The position numbers and the translations under genes were made by a program. A DNA stretch of 64,000 nucleotides from positions 1,116,001-1,180,000 of the forward strand of contig CM052823.1 in assembly GCA_028534125.1 (NCBI GenBank), read 5' to 3'. This DNA comes from Lama glama. Lineage: Eukaryota. Below, in pieces: positions 1-13,924 of the stretch; positions within the stretch are counted from its first letter, which is position 1, and each line of letters begins with the position of its first letter. A model generated the notes under the pieces. The model was not told the DNA's origin. It saw nothing but the letters and a program-made list of their open reading frames with translations, and made no database searches.

Positions 1-3000
1 GCTACCGCCGGCGTTTTGCTTAACTCCTCTCATCTTTAATAGGAGTTGTCTTTTAAGAGACCCCAGGGACGGCTTCCCTCCTAGCGAGGTGTCATCATGG
101 AAAATAAAAGTAATCTATGGTGTGGGGCGGACCCTTAAGGGAGCAGTGGCGGCGGCTGGTGCGTGGCCAGCGGGGCGGGGGGCACAGAGAGGGCACAAGG
201 GTCCCATGAGTGGAACCCACAAGCTGCCCAGACCCCTGGAGCCGGGGACCCTAAGCCAGGATCATGGGTCCCCCGGCCACTAGCAGATGCTACCCTGGTT
301 CCTGCCTGAGCCCACCTGCCTGAGTGGACTTTGTAAACCTGAAACCTCCTTGCTCCCTGGCCCCAGGATCACACAGCAGGCAGGATGGGGCTGACAGCGT
401 CACCCAGCCACAGGGTGAAAGGTTTGGCCCAGGGAGCTCTGCCGCACCAAGTCGCAGCAAGGCCATCTTAGGGGCCTGGGGAGACTCAGGCTGGGGGCCG
501 GGGGAGCTGGGGCCGTTTTATCAGAGCCTCAGCTCCTGGGGCTCCCCCCACCCACCCCACCCCTAGCCTCGGCCTGCTGCCCTGGGTTACATCACAGCTT
601 CCTGCCAACCACCCCCATGGGAAGCAACTACAAGCAGACTTAGAGGACGTCAGAGTCCAGCAGGCAGCCGCAACCCCACTGCCCTGCACTGCCCAGGGCT
701 GGAGCCGCCAGGGAGGGCAGAGCGCCTCGGGGATAACCTGGCGGGGCGGGCTGTGGCGGGCACAACCAGGACAGCTGTGCCTGTGAAAGTGGAGGAGGTC
801 CTGTGGACGCTCCCATTTCTACGTGGTGCAGTGGTGCTGCTCCCAGGACTCGGAGAAGGACAGCACACTGGGCTGCCTCACACCAGCCTGCTCTGCAGAG
901 TGCAGGCCAGGCCCTCAGGGTGACCGGATAGTCAGCAGACAGTCATGGCCGAGGCGTGCCCCACCCCGGGGGGCTCCCTGCTCCTCCCTAGGCTGGGCGG
1001 GGCCACCCCGGGAGGTGGAGGCTGGGGGTGAGGGGACCTGAACCACAACCCCCAAGGCTCAAGAGGACTCAGAGGCCAAGAGGACCTGTGGCCAATGGAG
1101 AAGGAGTTGGGGGAGGCCAGGGGGACACCAGGCTGCAGAAGCCACAATCAGAGGGTCACACATGCAGCCGCAGACCCTCCCAGGAGCCAGTTTCCAGCAC
1201 AGTCCTCACCCCATCCTCCCGTCACCCTCAGGGCCCCAGCAGCGGAGTATGGGGAGGTGTCCTTCCCCCCAGACACGCCCAGGTCTAGCCTGGACAGGAG
1301 CTAGGACCAGAGCCTCTGAGGTCCCGCCAACCCAGGAGGCTGGAATGTTACTGGCCATGGTCTGACCTAACCCAGGGTGACCCCGCCTCCCTTCCTGGCC
1401 CAGGCTCAGCCCCTGTGGGACCCGGAGCTGAGAAGCTGCGCCCGGCCTGCCCAGCCCTCCAGGTCTCTGTGCTCACAGGCCTGCCTCACGGCATGACTCA
1501 AAGGCCCCAGGACAGTGCTCTGTCCTTTGATGAAATCCAGGCCCTCCAACACCAGGACCAGCCCATCAGCCACCCACCACTGCAGCTCAGCCCACACCGC
1601 CTGCAGGGGCGCTCCGGGCCGGCCCGCCCTGAAGGGCCCAGCCTTCTGGGAGCACAGACCTGGTTTCTGAGCAGTGGGGATGGGGAGGAAGTGACACCGG
1701 GCTTCACAGAGGCTCAGAGAACACACAGGCACCACCCTCAGGACCAGACACCCACTGCATTGTTGGGGAGCTGGCGGGGGGGGGGGTCAAGGCGGGACCT
1801 GCAGGGGGAGTGTGGGAGAATCTGAGTGCTCCGGCTCTGAAGGGAAGACTTGAAGAAGCAGGCACTTCACCTGCACACACAGCTCTCCTCACGCTCTGTG
1901 AACATCTCCCCTGGGAAGCCCGCCCGATGCCCCCACGCGGGGCTTCCCCAGACCCTGTGCCTCCCGCTACCACAGGAAGCACTCCCTGTCCTGAGACACA
2001 GGTTTACAAGGCTGTGCCCCCACCGGGCGGGGGCTCCAGAGGGCAGACGTTTGCCGAGCCCAGGCTCAGGACACAGGGGCACTCAGGAGGAGGCCGTGGG
2101 CGAATGAGTGACCGGCTCCCCCACCGGCCGCTCCCTGTCCTCCCAGGGGCCTCTCCCCGGCTCACTGGCCCTGGTCACTGATTCACAGAAACAGAAGGGG
2201 AAATATTTGCCATTTTACAAAGAAAGACGGCCTTTTCCAAACAAGATGGTCATTTCACAGGCAGTTGGCCTTGATGGTAAGGCCCTTAATTACCCCGAGG
2301 AGACACACAGGTCCGTTTGGATGTGTTGGGGGGTCAGTTACACCAACCCAGGGTTTCCTAACTGGGCGGCGATGAGGCTGGTGGACTGGGCCACAAGCCA
2401 CGCCCCTATCCCCACCCTGAGGAGCTGTAACCCCCAGGCCCTGAGATCCCCCAGGATCTGCCCATCAGGGTCCAGAAGGCAGGGCTGCTAAGGAGGCCTA
2501 GACCCCCAAGGCCAAGGCCCAAGGTCCCAGCAGCCCTGACCCTTGCCCCTTGCCCCTTGCCCCCTGCCATGGCCAGCATTTTCCACATCACCAGGGAACA
2601 GGCTATGCGGCTTCCTCGGCCCCACCCTGCCAGGGAGGGCCCCCTCTCCACAGAGCCCCCCTACCCATGTGCCTCTGGGCAGCACCCACTGTGGTTCTGG
2701 GCCTCTGCTGGGTGCCTGGCATCAGGGCAGATGGGGGGCAGGGGATCCACAGAGGCTGCAATGCAGCGGGCAGGTGGGGGGTGCCCACGAGTGCAGGGGG
2801 TATCCTGGCACCCAAAGGAAACCCCAGCGCTCCCCCGACCCTGTGCCTGCCGAGCAGACCCTCAACATTGCTCCGAGACCATGCAGATTCAGGGGTCCAG
2901 GAGGTGACCCCTCCGCAAAGAAAGGCCCAGAAGGGCAGGCAGGAGAGCGAGCTAATGGAGGCATCTGGGGGAGGGGAGAGGGGAGACTGCAGAAACAGGA

Positions 3001-5319
3001 AGGATGGGGGAGTGGGAGGACGCGGGAAGGGGGAGTCAAGGTCGCCAGAGCCTCCTGAGAAAACGTAATTACAGCAGCGGCCCGGCCTTTCCAGGACTCT
3101 GGTAGGGGCTGGCACACTGCTGCCGCTGCCACGCCCTAGCTGCCCACCCAGACCCAGCAAAAGGGCGCGGGGCGCTGGGCCTTACTCCCCTGCTCCACAC
3201 CCCATGAGCGTTAGCAAGACCTTGGCCACCAAACCACACATGGAATCACTCCCTGCCCGGGCTGCCCCACACAGGGTGAGGAGCCGGGGGGTGCAGAAGG
3301 CTCAGGAAGGCCCAGGAAGGCCCGAGGCCGGTGCCAGACCACAGGGAATGCTCGGGGACCAGTGGAGAACCCAGCTTCTAACCTCGTCCTATTCTGCCTC
3401 CATCTGGCAAACACCAGACTCCTCCTCAACTCTCAAAGCGCAACTCCGTGTCCCACGGCCCTGAGGACAACACTGTTCTCTGCCCCTTCACAGATTCCAC
3501 CCCCTTACACCCAGCTAACCAGAAACTTCTGAGGGGCAGGCATGGGCGAGGGACAGCTTTACCCCCGGGTCCCTGGCAAGGGGTGGATCTGGGGACACAG
3601 AACATACACTCAGCTCACGCCTGAGACCCTCCCCGCCCCGCACAGGATCCAGCAGCTCCACGTCTCTTGGGGACTCTGGACAAGCCCCTTCCCTCTCTGA
3701 GCCATAGCCTCTCCCCACAAAACACAGGAGTGGATGCACAGCTGAGAGCACCCAGATCCCACCCTGGTGGTTAAGGGTGCAACCGCCCCGAAGAGCAGAG
3801 GGTCTCGGGCCTAAATCAGGCACGTGCTCGGGACGGTGTTTCCGGCTGGAACACCCATCCCTCGAACGGCCTTTGACCCTTCAGGGAGCCGCTGTGATTC
3901 GGGGCGTCCAACAGGCTGGAAATAATGGCAGCTGGCAGTGCAGCCCCCGTAAAACCTGCCTCCGCCGTCCCGGCCCCCGGCCCCGGCCGAAGCGCCTGTT
4001 CCTATGGTAACTTCCCAAGGGCAGCCGGGGCGGCCTTGCTCAGCTGGAACAAAAGGCAGCCCAGCTCCGGGGCCGCGGGGTCGCTAATGAGCCAGCGTGG
4101 CCCCCACGCGGGACCACAGGAGCTGGTCTTCCTCCTTCTCAGACGGTCTCAGGCTTGAAATCCTCCTGCAAGCACCACCTGATGGAGGGTGGCCAAGGCC
4201 GAAAGCCCCGAGGGAGAGACTAGCTGGGGCAGGACACTCCCAGATGCCAGGTGTGCCTGCCCTGGTCTCTTACACGGGGGCCCCTAGGCCCACAAGGTAG
4301 GCTCCCACCCACCCCACAGCCAGAGAATCCCAGCCGGGCTCTCTGCGCCTAACTGGGGCAGTGAGCCCCCAGACAAGCTGACAAGGCACCGTGTCCCCAC
4401 AGGGGCCGCTAATGGGACAGCGACCCGCGCCAGGCCCACCATCACCGCTCATTAACCCCCGTCACACCCTGTGATCCTCACACCATGGTGGGGGGAGCCC
4501 CGCCTCAGGTCCCCAGTACCCAAGGGCACTACAGGGAGGGGCTTGAGCCGGGGAAGAGACCCCCCCCCACTTCCCACCTCTGCACCTTGCTCACAGAGTT
4601 CCCTGCCTGACAGGCCTCACCAGCCAACAGGTGCCTGCAGGGCCGTGGCTAGGCATCCCGGAGGCGTGGAGGGAGCAAACCCCAGGCTGCAGTCAGCCCC
4701 AGCCCCGGAGCTCCGGACTGAGACCAGGACCCACTCGGCCCCTGGCCGCCGGAGGAGCCAGATCTAACAGCCGTAAGGGTGGCCGTTAACAGGGAGTGTG
4801 CCCGCAGCACCCCCAGGGAGTGCAGCAGGTGGGCTCTGGGTGCAGCCTGCCCCCAGGACACCTTCCCTAGCTCACCCCCACCTCCTCAGGTGCCTAGGGA
4901 TGCTCCCTCAGGCCAGTTCCACCCCGTGCTCCCCAACTGCAGGGGCATCTGCCCCAAGGCCTGCCGGCATCAACCCACCACCCCCACCAACGCTGGGCCA
5001 GCTTGCTCTCAGGACTCGGTGCACCGCACAGCATCTCGGAGGAAAGCGTCATCAGGAAACTGAGGCACAGAGAGGTTGCACGACCTGTCCGAGGCTGCAC
5101 AGCTCCGAGGGGCAGATTCTGAGTTTGAACCCTATCCTCGACTGCACCTCCCTCTCAGGGCGAGCGGCCTTCCCTGGACAGTGCTGTGACGTGGTGCCCA
5201 GGGGAGGCCCGCCGCCACTGGGGCCAGGAGCTGAGGCCCGCAGGCCCCTCCTACTGTTCTTGTCCAAGCTGCCCCCGAGCCAGGCCCCACCCCGAGCCAC
5301 CCTGCGCCGGAGGACGTAC

Positions 5320-5510
5320 CTGAGGAAGAAGGAGGCTGCCGCCGACGGGCCCGAGGCGCCCCCCGCCGGGGCGCCGGGGGCTGGAGTGACCAGGGCTGCA
5401 GTGCAGGCCCCACCGCGGCCCCACGTCTTTGGCACACCATCAGGTCCCACGGAAGGGGGGCCATCCCGCACTGTGTCTGCCACCGCCACCGCGGCCACCG
5501 CTGCTTCAGC
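5320..5510 (-). CDS. KIF26A: KIF26A coding exon 4 ([19 protein letters not shown]...SAAASFFLR)
   Basis: Translation matches the recalled KIF26A N-terminal region. Acceptor ccag|GCT at 5511/5510, donor AG|GTACGT at 5320/5319; 191 nt, phase 0 to 2. Later exons are outside the window. Confidence 0.93.
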
Positions 5511-8500
5511 CTGGAGGGAAGGAGGGGGCCTGCCTGAGCATCAGGCCTCAGCCGGGAGCTGGGGAGCAGACCTGCGCACCCCAGAGCCCAGTGAGCTCCC
5601 AGGGGCCCCTACTCATGGGACCCAGCCAGCTCGGGGAGGGAGGGCAGTCTGCCCCACGGGGCCCCGTGGGGGAGAGGTAGACACAGATGTCCGCCCAGGG
5701 ACCTCACTTTCCAGCCCCTCCTCCTTCAACCTCCAGAAATGCAGTGACCCCAGTGACCCCAGTGGTTGGGACAGATGGACAGGGACCCCCACGCCCCTCA
5801 CCGCTGGGCCACCCGCCTGCGAGCACCCAGAGGCATGGTGACAGAAGGAACCAAAGCAAGTGTTTGCCACGAGCACTGACTGCCCCGTGCACGGTGATGT
5901 GTGATCCTCCCGCCAGCTGAAGTGCCCCACTGGCGTCTCCAGCTAGTCAGCTAAAGTAAGTTCCAGAGGGAGACAGCCTCGTAATGAAGCACAAACGTAA
6001 TTAAAGGCTCGCCCGGACGGCGCTGGCAAACTTGAGATCCGGCCACTGTGTATTTTATTTATGTGCACTTGTCAGGCCCTGGACCCCAAGGCCAGCCACA
6101 GCCCCAGGGGGGTGGGCATGGCCCCTGGCAGAGGAGGGAAGCAGCCTGCCTTAGCCCGGCCACCCCCAGCCCCATCCTCTTCCCCAAGCCGCCCAACCCC
6201 GGCCCCAGGCTTCAGGGCTCCCCAGGCACCTTGGCCCAGTCCCTGGGACTCCCAGCCCCACTCCACCCCGAGCACTGCTGACAACCACTGTCCAAGGTGT
6301 CCTCTGTGTCAGGCTGGATAAGGCCTGCGGTCCTCACGCTGACAGGACACGGGCCTCCAGTGACCCTGCAGGAGAGGAGCCCAGGAAGCAGCCACTCTGG
6401 AGGGCCCACCATCCTCAGGCTCTCCCAGGTGACACAGCCAGATGCCAGGGTGGCACTTCCACAGGCCCCAGGAGGAGCGTCTGGCAGGAGGCCTGCCAGC
6501 TCAGGGCAGCATCCCTCCCCACCGGGATGGAGTCCCATCCCGCCCAGACTGTGGTCAGCACCAGCTCCCAGGCTCCCCGAGGGTCACAGCAATACCACGT
6601 CTGCAAAGGAAGCTCAAAGAGAGTCCCAAATCTTAGGCTGGATGGTAGCCAAGGACCCCCTACCTGGCCCTCTCTGCACCAGCATCTCCCCCAGGGCTGT
6701 GAGGAGGACAGGTCAGTGGCAGAGAAGGGCAAACCTGGAACAATCCAGGCCCTCACCAGGCACTGTGCCAGCACACCACGCCCTGCCACCTGCCTTACAT
6801 TTGCCTATAGGGTAGGAACTCCTGTGCATCCCCCAGCACCCAGCCCAGCCAGGCCTCCCCTTCTCCAAGCCACTCCCTGGGCCTGCCCCAGGTGCCCTGC
6901 CCTGGCCTCCTCCAGCCCTGAGATCTCTCCCCGGCTTCACCTAGGCTACAACGTAGTGCTGCCCACCCCCAGAGTAACAGGGCCGTGCTTGACTTCTCAG
7001 CACCATATTCTCCTATCCCACCAGCTTGTGTGAGCACCTGGTGTGTGCCAGGAATCAGGAGGCCCCTGGCGGGTGCCTACCACACCTGCCTGGTCTCCCC
7101 ATGCCTGGCACCTTGCCTTGGCAATGGTAGGTGTTCAGTATATCTGTCCTCCAGGGGCACAGTCTGAGACACAGGCATGAGACACACAGAGCCCACAGCC
7201 AGGAGGCAGGCTCTGCACCCAAGAGAAAGGGAGCTGCAGGATCAGAGGGGGCACCTGGTCACAGGGGCACTCCAGAGGGGGGTCAGGCAGGCCTAGGCCC
7301 GCGTGACGGGAACCGGATGCTGCTTCTCCTCCAGGCAAATGTGAGGATGTGGAGCAGCCAAGGACCCTGACGTCAGCCTCCCGACGTGGCCTGCCGTGCA
7401 CAGGACCTGCGATGTTCCCTCACCTCAAACATCAACCCCTCTAACGCACATGCTCCCCAGGAGAGGTCTGACCTCCTTCGTTGAGCAGGGCAGTATAGGA
7501 CATTTTAAAGTTGCGTCATCTGCAGGGCCTGAACTCCTCGGAGCAGAGCTGGGTTTGGCAGAGCACCCACCAGGCGAGGAGCACGGGCAGGGGCTCCCTA
7601 GGACCGAAGCGGGCTCACACCGCAGTGCTGGCACCCGCGCTGCCCCACCCAGCCCGTGACGGCTCTGCCGTGGGGCCCACCGCCAGCCCAGGCCAGCCCG
7701 TGAGCCCGCCCAGTGAGGCACCTGGACAGCAGGGGACAGAGCTGGGGGCTCGCCCCACAGCCCCTCCGCCCACTCCCATGGGGCCTGAGCCATCCCACCG
7801 TCTCAGGCGGGCATCACTACCTCCAGCCAGAATGCTCCGGCACCACCAGCAACGGTGCAGGCCCCTCAGCACGCCTGCGGCCGGCCGCCCCCCGGGCACT
7901 GACCTGTCTCGGGGGTCCCGCACGCACCTCGGCTCCGCCGTCCCACGAGCTGCCGAGACACGGCTCCGGCCATCGGGACGGCCGCTGCCGATTCCTGCCA
8001 GAAGCAGAGCCCAGGCATGCCAAAAGAAGCCAGGGGGGCGGGGGGGACGGCGAGAGGGAAGACCACAACACGGGGACAGAAGAGAGGGGGCGAGGGGAGG
8101 GCAGGCGGGCGGCCAAACAGAAAACGTGATGGAGGTGCCAGAGCAGCAACGAAAGAAAAGCATGAAGAGAGGAGAGCGTGAGGTGGGCCGCGCCACCGTC
8201 CCCGGGGAAGCCCCTGCCAGAGGCTCCTGACCTCAGCCGGTGCCCGGGGGGCCCAGAGTGGGCGCCAGGGTTCCACAGAGCATGGTTTGGGAAACACCAG
8301 ACTAACCCATTTCTTAGGAACCCTCCGGGCCTGAATTCCATGTCTGAAAGATCCCGGCAGGTGAAGAACAGTGTCCACCTGCTCCTCGGGAGAAACACCT
8401 CACTGCGGGCTATTTCATGCCGAGAGGTGGGGGGGCCAGAAGGGGCAGGAGGCTGAGGGGTCTCACAGACACGGTCTCAGCCCTGCAGAGGGCATGGGGG

Positions 8501-11500
8501 GCATCGCTCAGGGGGCATGTGCCAGACACCAGGGTCTCCTCGAAGCTCCGCCTAGTCCCCCAGAGGCCCCCAGGCCAGGAATGTCCTTCCCCTGCAGGCG
8601 CCAGTCACAGGAACAGCACCCCAGCAGCTCCCCTGAAGTGTGGCCATCCTCTCCTGAGGCCCAGAGGGGGCACCAACAGCGGGTCGGGTCAGAGAGACAG
8701 GCCAGAATACAAAGCTCCCTCCACCCCTGCCACGTCCCTGAGGACGGGTGGACACCCACCAGGGCCCCCGCCAGTGCTCACAGGAAGTGGGGGGGGGGGG
8801 CAGCAGGAGCAACATCCCCAAGCTGGTGTCACCCAAACTCCATGGACAGACAGAAACCGTGGCTCCACCAAAATGACCTCACCTCCCACTCAAAGCAGCA
8901 TGCAGCACCTCCTCCAGGAAGCCCTCCATCCTCCCTGTCCAGGCCGAGCCTCTGCTGCCGCAGACCCCATGGCAGGCTGGGAACCCTCTGCTCCAGGTCC
9001 TCCTCCCTGGACTGTGAGCCCTGAGACCCTGGGCAGGGCCTGGCCTGTGTCTGCACGACTAGGGAAGGTTTGCACAAGTCTCCACTCACCCAGACCTGGG
9101 GCAGCTCCTTTCACTGTTTCCCGCAGTCCCATCCTCAGCTGCCCCAGGCTGTGCTACCTCTAGCCTACTGCGGGGTCAGGAGGACAAAGCCTTAATGTCA
9201 TCTGTAAAGTGAGTGCAGGTGTCCTACGGACATCTGACAGGCACCCTGTCGACCTGGGGGAGACACCACGGTTCACAGCTGTGTCCCCGTGAAGCAGGCG
9301 GAGGCAGAGCACCTGGGGTGGCCCCACGCTCTCAGGGCAGCCAGGGAGGGTGACAGGCCACAGTCCCACTCCCGTGGGCACCCATGTCCTCCATGGTGGC
9401 AGAGCCGCCTCTACCGGACAGTCTGGAAGGCAACCGCTCGACGGTCCCAGCTGGGACGCTTCCCCAGATACTCGGGAGGTGAATGACCCGGAAAGGGCCG
9501 AGCTCTGTGCTCCCGGACGGGGAAGTGGACTGCGGCCTGAATTAGGCCAGGGCAGGCCGAGGGCTGCTCCACCCAGACACCAGGCTCTCTAGCTGGCCAC
9601 GCCCACAGAAGGACCCACGGGGCCAGCTCCCAGCCAGAGCACCCGGAATGTTCCAGGCCCACGCCTCCCACCCCAGCAGCCCAGATCCACGCTCGCCTGG
9701 AAACAGTCACATGCCAGGCCCGCCAGGGGGCTGTGGTGGCGACTCGCAGCACGCCTCTCCAGAAGCGTGTCGTTCTAGGGCCTAACACGCAGTGTTCCCA
9801 CATTCCAGGCCCGCCTCTAATGATCAACGGCCTGGTTCAGGGGAAACCACCTCATGTGGGTCCAAAAGTTCTATTTATGGTTTAAGTAATGTCTCCATCA
9901 ATCGCCAGGACTGTTGTCTCATCATAGTCCATCACCACCCGCCCGAACGCGATCAGTGCACATAAAACCAGGAGGGAGCCTTGAATGCTCACGTGTTATG
10001 GTGAGCTGGCAGCCAGTAGGGCTGCCCAGCAAAAGGCCCGTGACCCCACCAGGCACACAGAGGCAGACAGGCCACCAGCCTGTCCTCTCCAGCTCATACC
10101 CCTCTTCTGCCTCCCGGGACCCTCAGGGCCAAGACCAACCCCTCTCTCTACCTGGTGTCTAAGGCCCCCTGGCTATTCCCAGTGGCCTCCTGTGCCCCCA
10201 TCACATCTCCCGCTGGGCCCACTGTCTCTGCCACTTCCCTCCAGGCCCGGCTCAATGCCACCTCCTCCAGGAAGCCACCCAGCTCTCTAGAGCTGCCTCC
10301 TCACCTCTGCTTTCCCCCTTCCACCGACCCCGCAGGCGCATTCTTCCCAGGCAGCCCAGCTCTCAGGCCAGGAGGCACCACAGGACTGGCACAGCAGAGG
10401 CTGGCCTCCCCCTTCTTGGCCTCGCCCTAGGACTTAGCAAACAGAGGAGCTGGAAGCAGAAAAGCCACCCATAGGGTGCATTGTCACACCAGGTGGAGGC
10501 CAGGTCAGATCCAGAAGTTCTTCCCAGGGGTGCCCTGGGCACCCCAAGCTACTGAGGGTCGGGGAGGCTCCAAAGACAGGGCACCCTCAGAGGGGCCAGC
10601 CCCAGCAAGGCCACACTTGAGATGGCAACATTCAGCCTGCAAACCACAGCCCCTTCAGAGGGGCCGGCAAGTCCAGAGGCGGGGGCGGGCCGGGGGACTC
10701 ATGGGACTTTGCCGCAGCAGCTGGGGGCCCTCGCCGTGCCTCCACCCCCACAGCCCTCGGGCACAGAGACCACAGGAGAGGACTGCTGAGGCTCTATTTC
10801 CGAGACACTCACCGGGCAAGTTTGTGCAGCTGACTCTGCAGTGACTAGAAAGGCTTCCACGGCCATCTACCTATCTCTCTGCCCCGGGGCCCCACGGGGG
10901 ACAGACGGCGCAGCAGGAGCTTCTCCAAGCAGCCACAAACGCCTGTGCAGCTCCACCGCTGGGTCCCACCTGGCCCAGTACCCTACCGCAGCTCTACCAC
11001 CAGGGTCACACCTCCAGGGAGACCTACAGGGTTCATACCTCCAGGCCTCCACACAGACCCTTCCCTCCGCTTGGAGGGTCCTTTCTATTTCATTTGCCTG
11101 GAGAACCCTATGCTGGGCACTGCTAGGCCCTCAGCAAGCAGATGGGGGCAGCCGGGGGCACGAAACCCCAGGAGAAGGCATCCCTCAATCGTGCAAGAGC
11201 TTCTGGGGAAAGGTCCTACTGGGACCACCCCAGCACAGCTACCCCCACGCACCACCAAGCCAGAACCAACGCCCTCCAGTGTCCCAGGAAACCCCGCTCC
11301 AAAAACCCGTCCTCTCCTGACCCCCGACCCTGGTGCCCCTTCTCCTGGATGGAAAACTGGGGGACACAGGGGACACCTGGGAGAGACCCCCACCAGCAGA
11401 ACTCTGTAAGCAGCAGGCACCGGGCGCCTGGCACCGGGCCCCAGCCCCACCCCCCAGAGCTCGTCTCAGACCGCCGGGCCCTGCCTGGGCACACCCAGCC

Positions 11501-12127
11501 CGGGTCCATGGCACCTCAGGACCCACCGGTGGCCAGAGCTGGCTCCACGGAGGCCATGCCACTGCTGTGGGTGACACTCTGGTAGGCCTGAGGAGGGGAG
11601 CCCTGGAGAGTGGGGAAGGCAGTCCGCAGTCACCTGGAAAGAGGTGGCTTCTGAGGGGCCAAGCCTGTGCAGGAGCGAGCACACAGTTCGCACCACCTGC
11701 GGGCCTCCCACTACATGCCAGGCTGTGTCACTTGTCCACAGGGCAGGGCCATGTCACCCAGGTCTGCCTGTGCTCCGGGCAAGAGAGCCTGGCCAGGGAG
11801 GGACCAGGAGGAGATGTTCCCTCTACTCCAACCCTGAGGATGAGGGTCTGATCTCATCCTGGGAGCCCACGGGGCCCTTGTGTCAGCCCACAGCACTTTC
11901 CGTGGTCTCCGAGTGGCCACAACCATCCTCACCCACGTGCCTGTGCTGCGTGGCAGCAACGCTCCCAGGGACACGAGAGGACCCTGCCCACCAGCGACCT
12001 GGCAGGTGGACTTGACCTGGGCCTTAGGAGTGTCTGCAGCCCCCTTGCTTTAAGGGGAGCCATGCTGCAGGGCACCCATTGAGCTCAGTGGGTGCAGACG
12101 TGGACTCAGCATGTCCAGGGCACTCAC

Positions 12128-12580
12128 CAGGCATGACGGCGGCAGGAAGCTGTTGACCCGCGAGACGCTCCACATGCCGTCCAGGCACTGCTGAGCCTGG
12201 ATGGTGACCGTGCTCAGGGCCCCGCCCAAGCCAGCAGGCGCCACCGACACCTGGACACTGGGCCCGGACGGCCAGGCCAGCCCCTTTCTCCGGTCTGGTC
12301 CCACTCGGCCCGGCTGCCTCCCCACCAGGCCCGCCGGCGCTGGTACCTCCCTCAGGCTGGTGGCAGCGCCAGGGCTGGGGGGCGCGAGGCCGGAGCCTCC
12401 ATGAGGGGCGTCCAGCTCTTCGCGGCTGGCAGGGGCCTGCAGCAGCCGCAGGGCCTCCCGCGTGAGCTGGTTCAGGTGTGTGGCACAGACGTCACAGCGG
12501 CGCTCAGCCTCCGGGTGACACGCAGGCAGAGCCCCAGGTGCCGGCAACTTGTCGAGAAGCAGAGCAGAGAGACACGGATC
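12128..12580 (-). CDS. KIF26A: KIF26A coding exon 3 ([13 protein letters not shown]...[11 protein letters not shown])
   Basis: Lies inside ORF 12050..13159(-). Acceptor cccag|GAT, donor CTG|GTGAGT; 453 nt, phase 0/0. Contains the KIF26-type segment [25 protein letters not shown]. Confidence 0.95.
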
Positions 12581-13924
12581 CTGGGAGGACAAGGGACAGA
12601 GGTGGTCAGTGCCCGGGCACCAGGACCCACCCCCCTCCCTGACGCTGGGCCGGCCCACACAGCGGCCACTACGTAATCCAGAACTGGTTAATATGCCCCA
12701 AACGGTGTCATCTGCAGGCACCCAGCAGGAAAAGAGCCACTGGGGCTTAACAGGGAGGCCCGCAGTGCCCTGGACAACTGCCCCCCTCCTCCAGCCACCA
12801 TTCCCGTGCTTGCCTGCGGCCAATAAGGCATCCATCTGCACGGCCCCCAGCAACTGGGCCACAGCAGCCAGGCCACATGGCCAAGCAGCAGCCCAGGAGC
12901 TGGCGGAAGGGGCCCATCTATGGTGGGCTGAGGGCCCCAGTTGAAAGCAACGTCGCTTCCAAAGCCCGTAATGGGGGGCTGGCGGGCTGGAGACCCTCTC
13001 CCTGCCTTTGCGGCGTCTCCAGCCCTGGTCGGGATTGGGAGGAAATGTAAACGGACCCCCAGGAGCCAGGCTGTGTGATAGGACTGCAGGGGTGAGCAGG
13101 TGGCCCAGGTCCACAGGAAGACGGAGGCCCGAGCACAGCTGGCGGGAGGCAGGAGGCAAGTCTCAATGGCCCCCACACTCCGCTGCAGACATGGAGTTGG
13201 CTGCTGGGGCCTATGCTGCCTGGTGGAGGCCCCTGCAGCCCACCCCCCTGCCCTGTACTGAGGGGGACACGGGGTCTCCGTAACCATGAGCCTGCTGTCT
13301 TAAGAGGGCTAAGAACAGAAGCCAAGAGGTCCAGGAGGGATTCCTGGAAGAGGGGACACCTCTAGAAAAAAAGGGGAGGCAGAGGGAACCAATCCTCAGA
13401 AGGAACCTCACTGGAGGGAAGCTATCAAAAGTCACATTCCCAGGGCCCATCCCCTACCCTCAACCCCAACAACAGGCTCTGCCTCAGCCCCTCCCCTGGC
13501 AGCCCCTCAGCATACTTGCCCTTTCCCGAGGGCAAGCCCAAACTACAGATGCTTGGCCAGGACACCCCCTTGACGGAGCAGCGGCCCATCCTGGACTTGC
13601 CACAAATCCTCCCTCCCCAGCCACAAAGCATCCCCTGCTCAATGGCTGGCCACACTGGCCCCAAAGGACACTGGGCACATCCAGATGCCCTGCTGGCCAC
13701 AAAAGGGACTGCAACCTCCCCAAACGCATCCCTCCTTCAGACTCGGAAGCCAAAGGCACCACTAAAAAGGGGCAGCCCATTCATCCCGCCCGGGCTCCCC
13801 GAGCCTGGCCTGTGGCCAGCCTGACCGGTGTCCACAGACGCCAAGGGAGAGCTCCAGTGGGTGCCGGCTGTGACAGGGAGGCCTGGCTGTGAGGGGACAC
13901 TGCTCAGCTCTTGTGTCCCCGGGA

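Noticed and set aside
4798-5841. 347-aa plus-strand ORF
   Set aside because: Antisense to KIF26A exon 4 and flanking intron, including a MIR-like piece, with no protein features.
12050-13159. 369-aa minus-strand ORF as a single coding unit
   Set aside because: Only 12128-12580 is KIF26A exon 3; the rest is in-frame intron.
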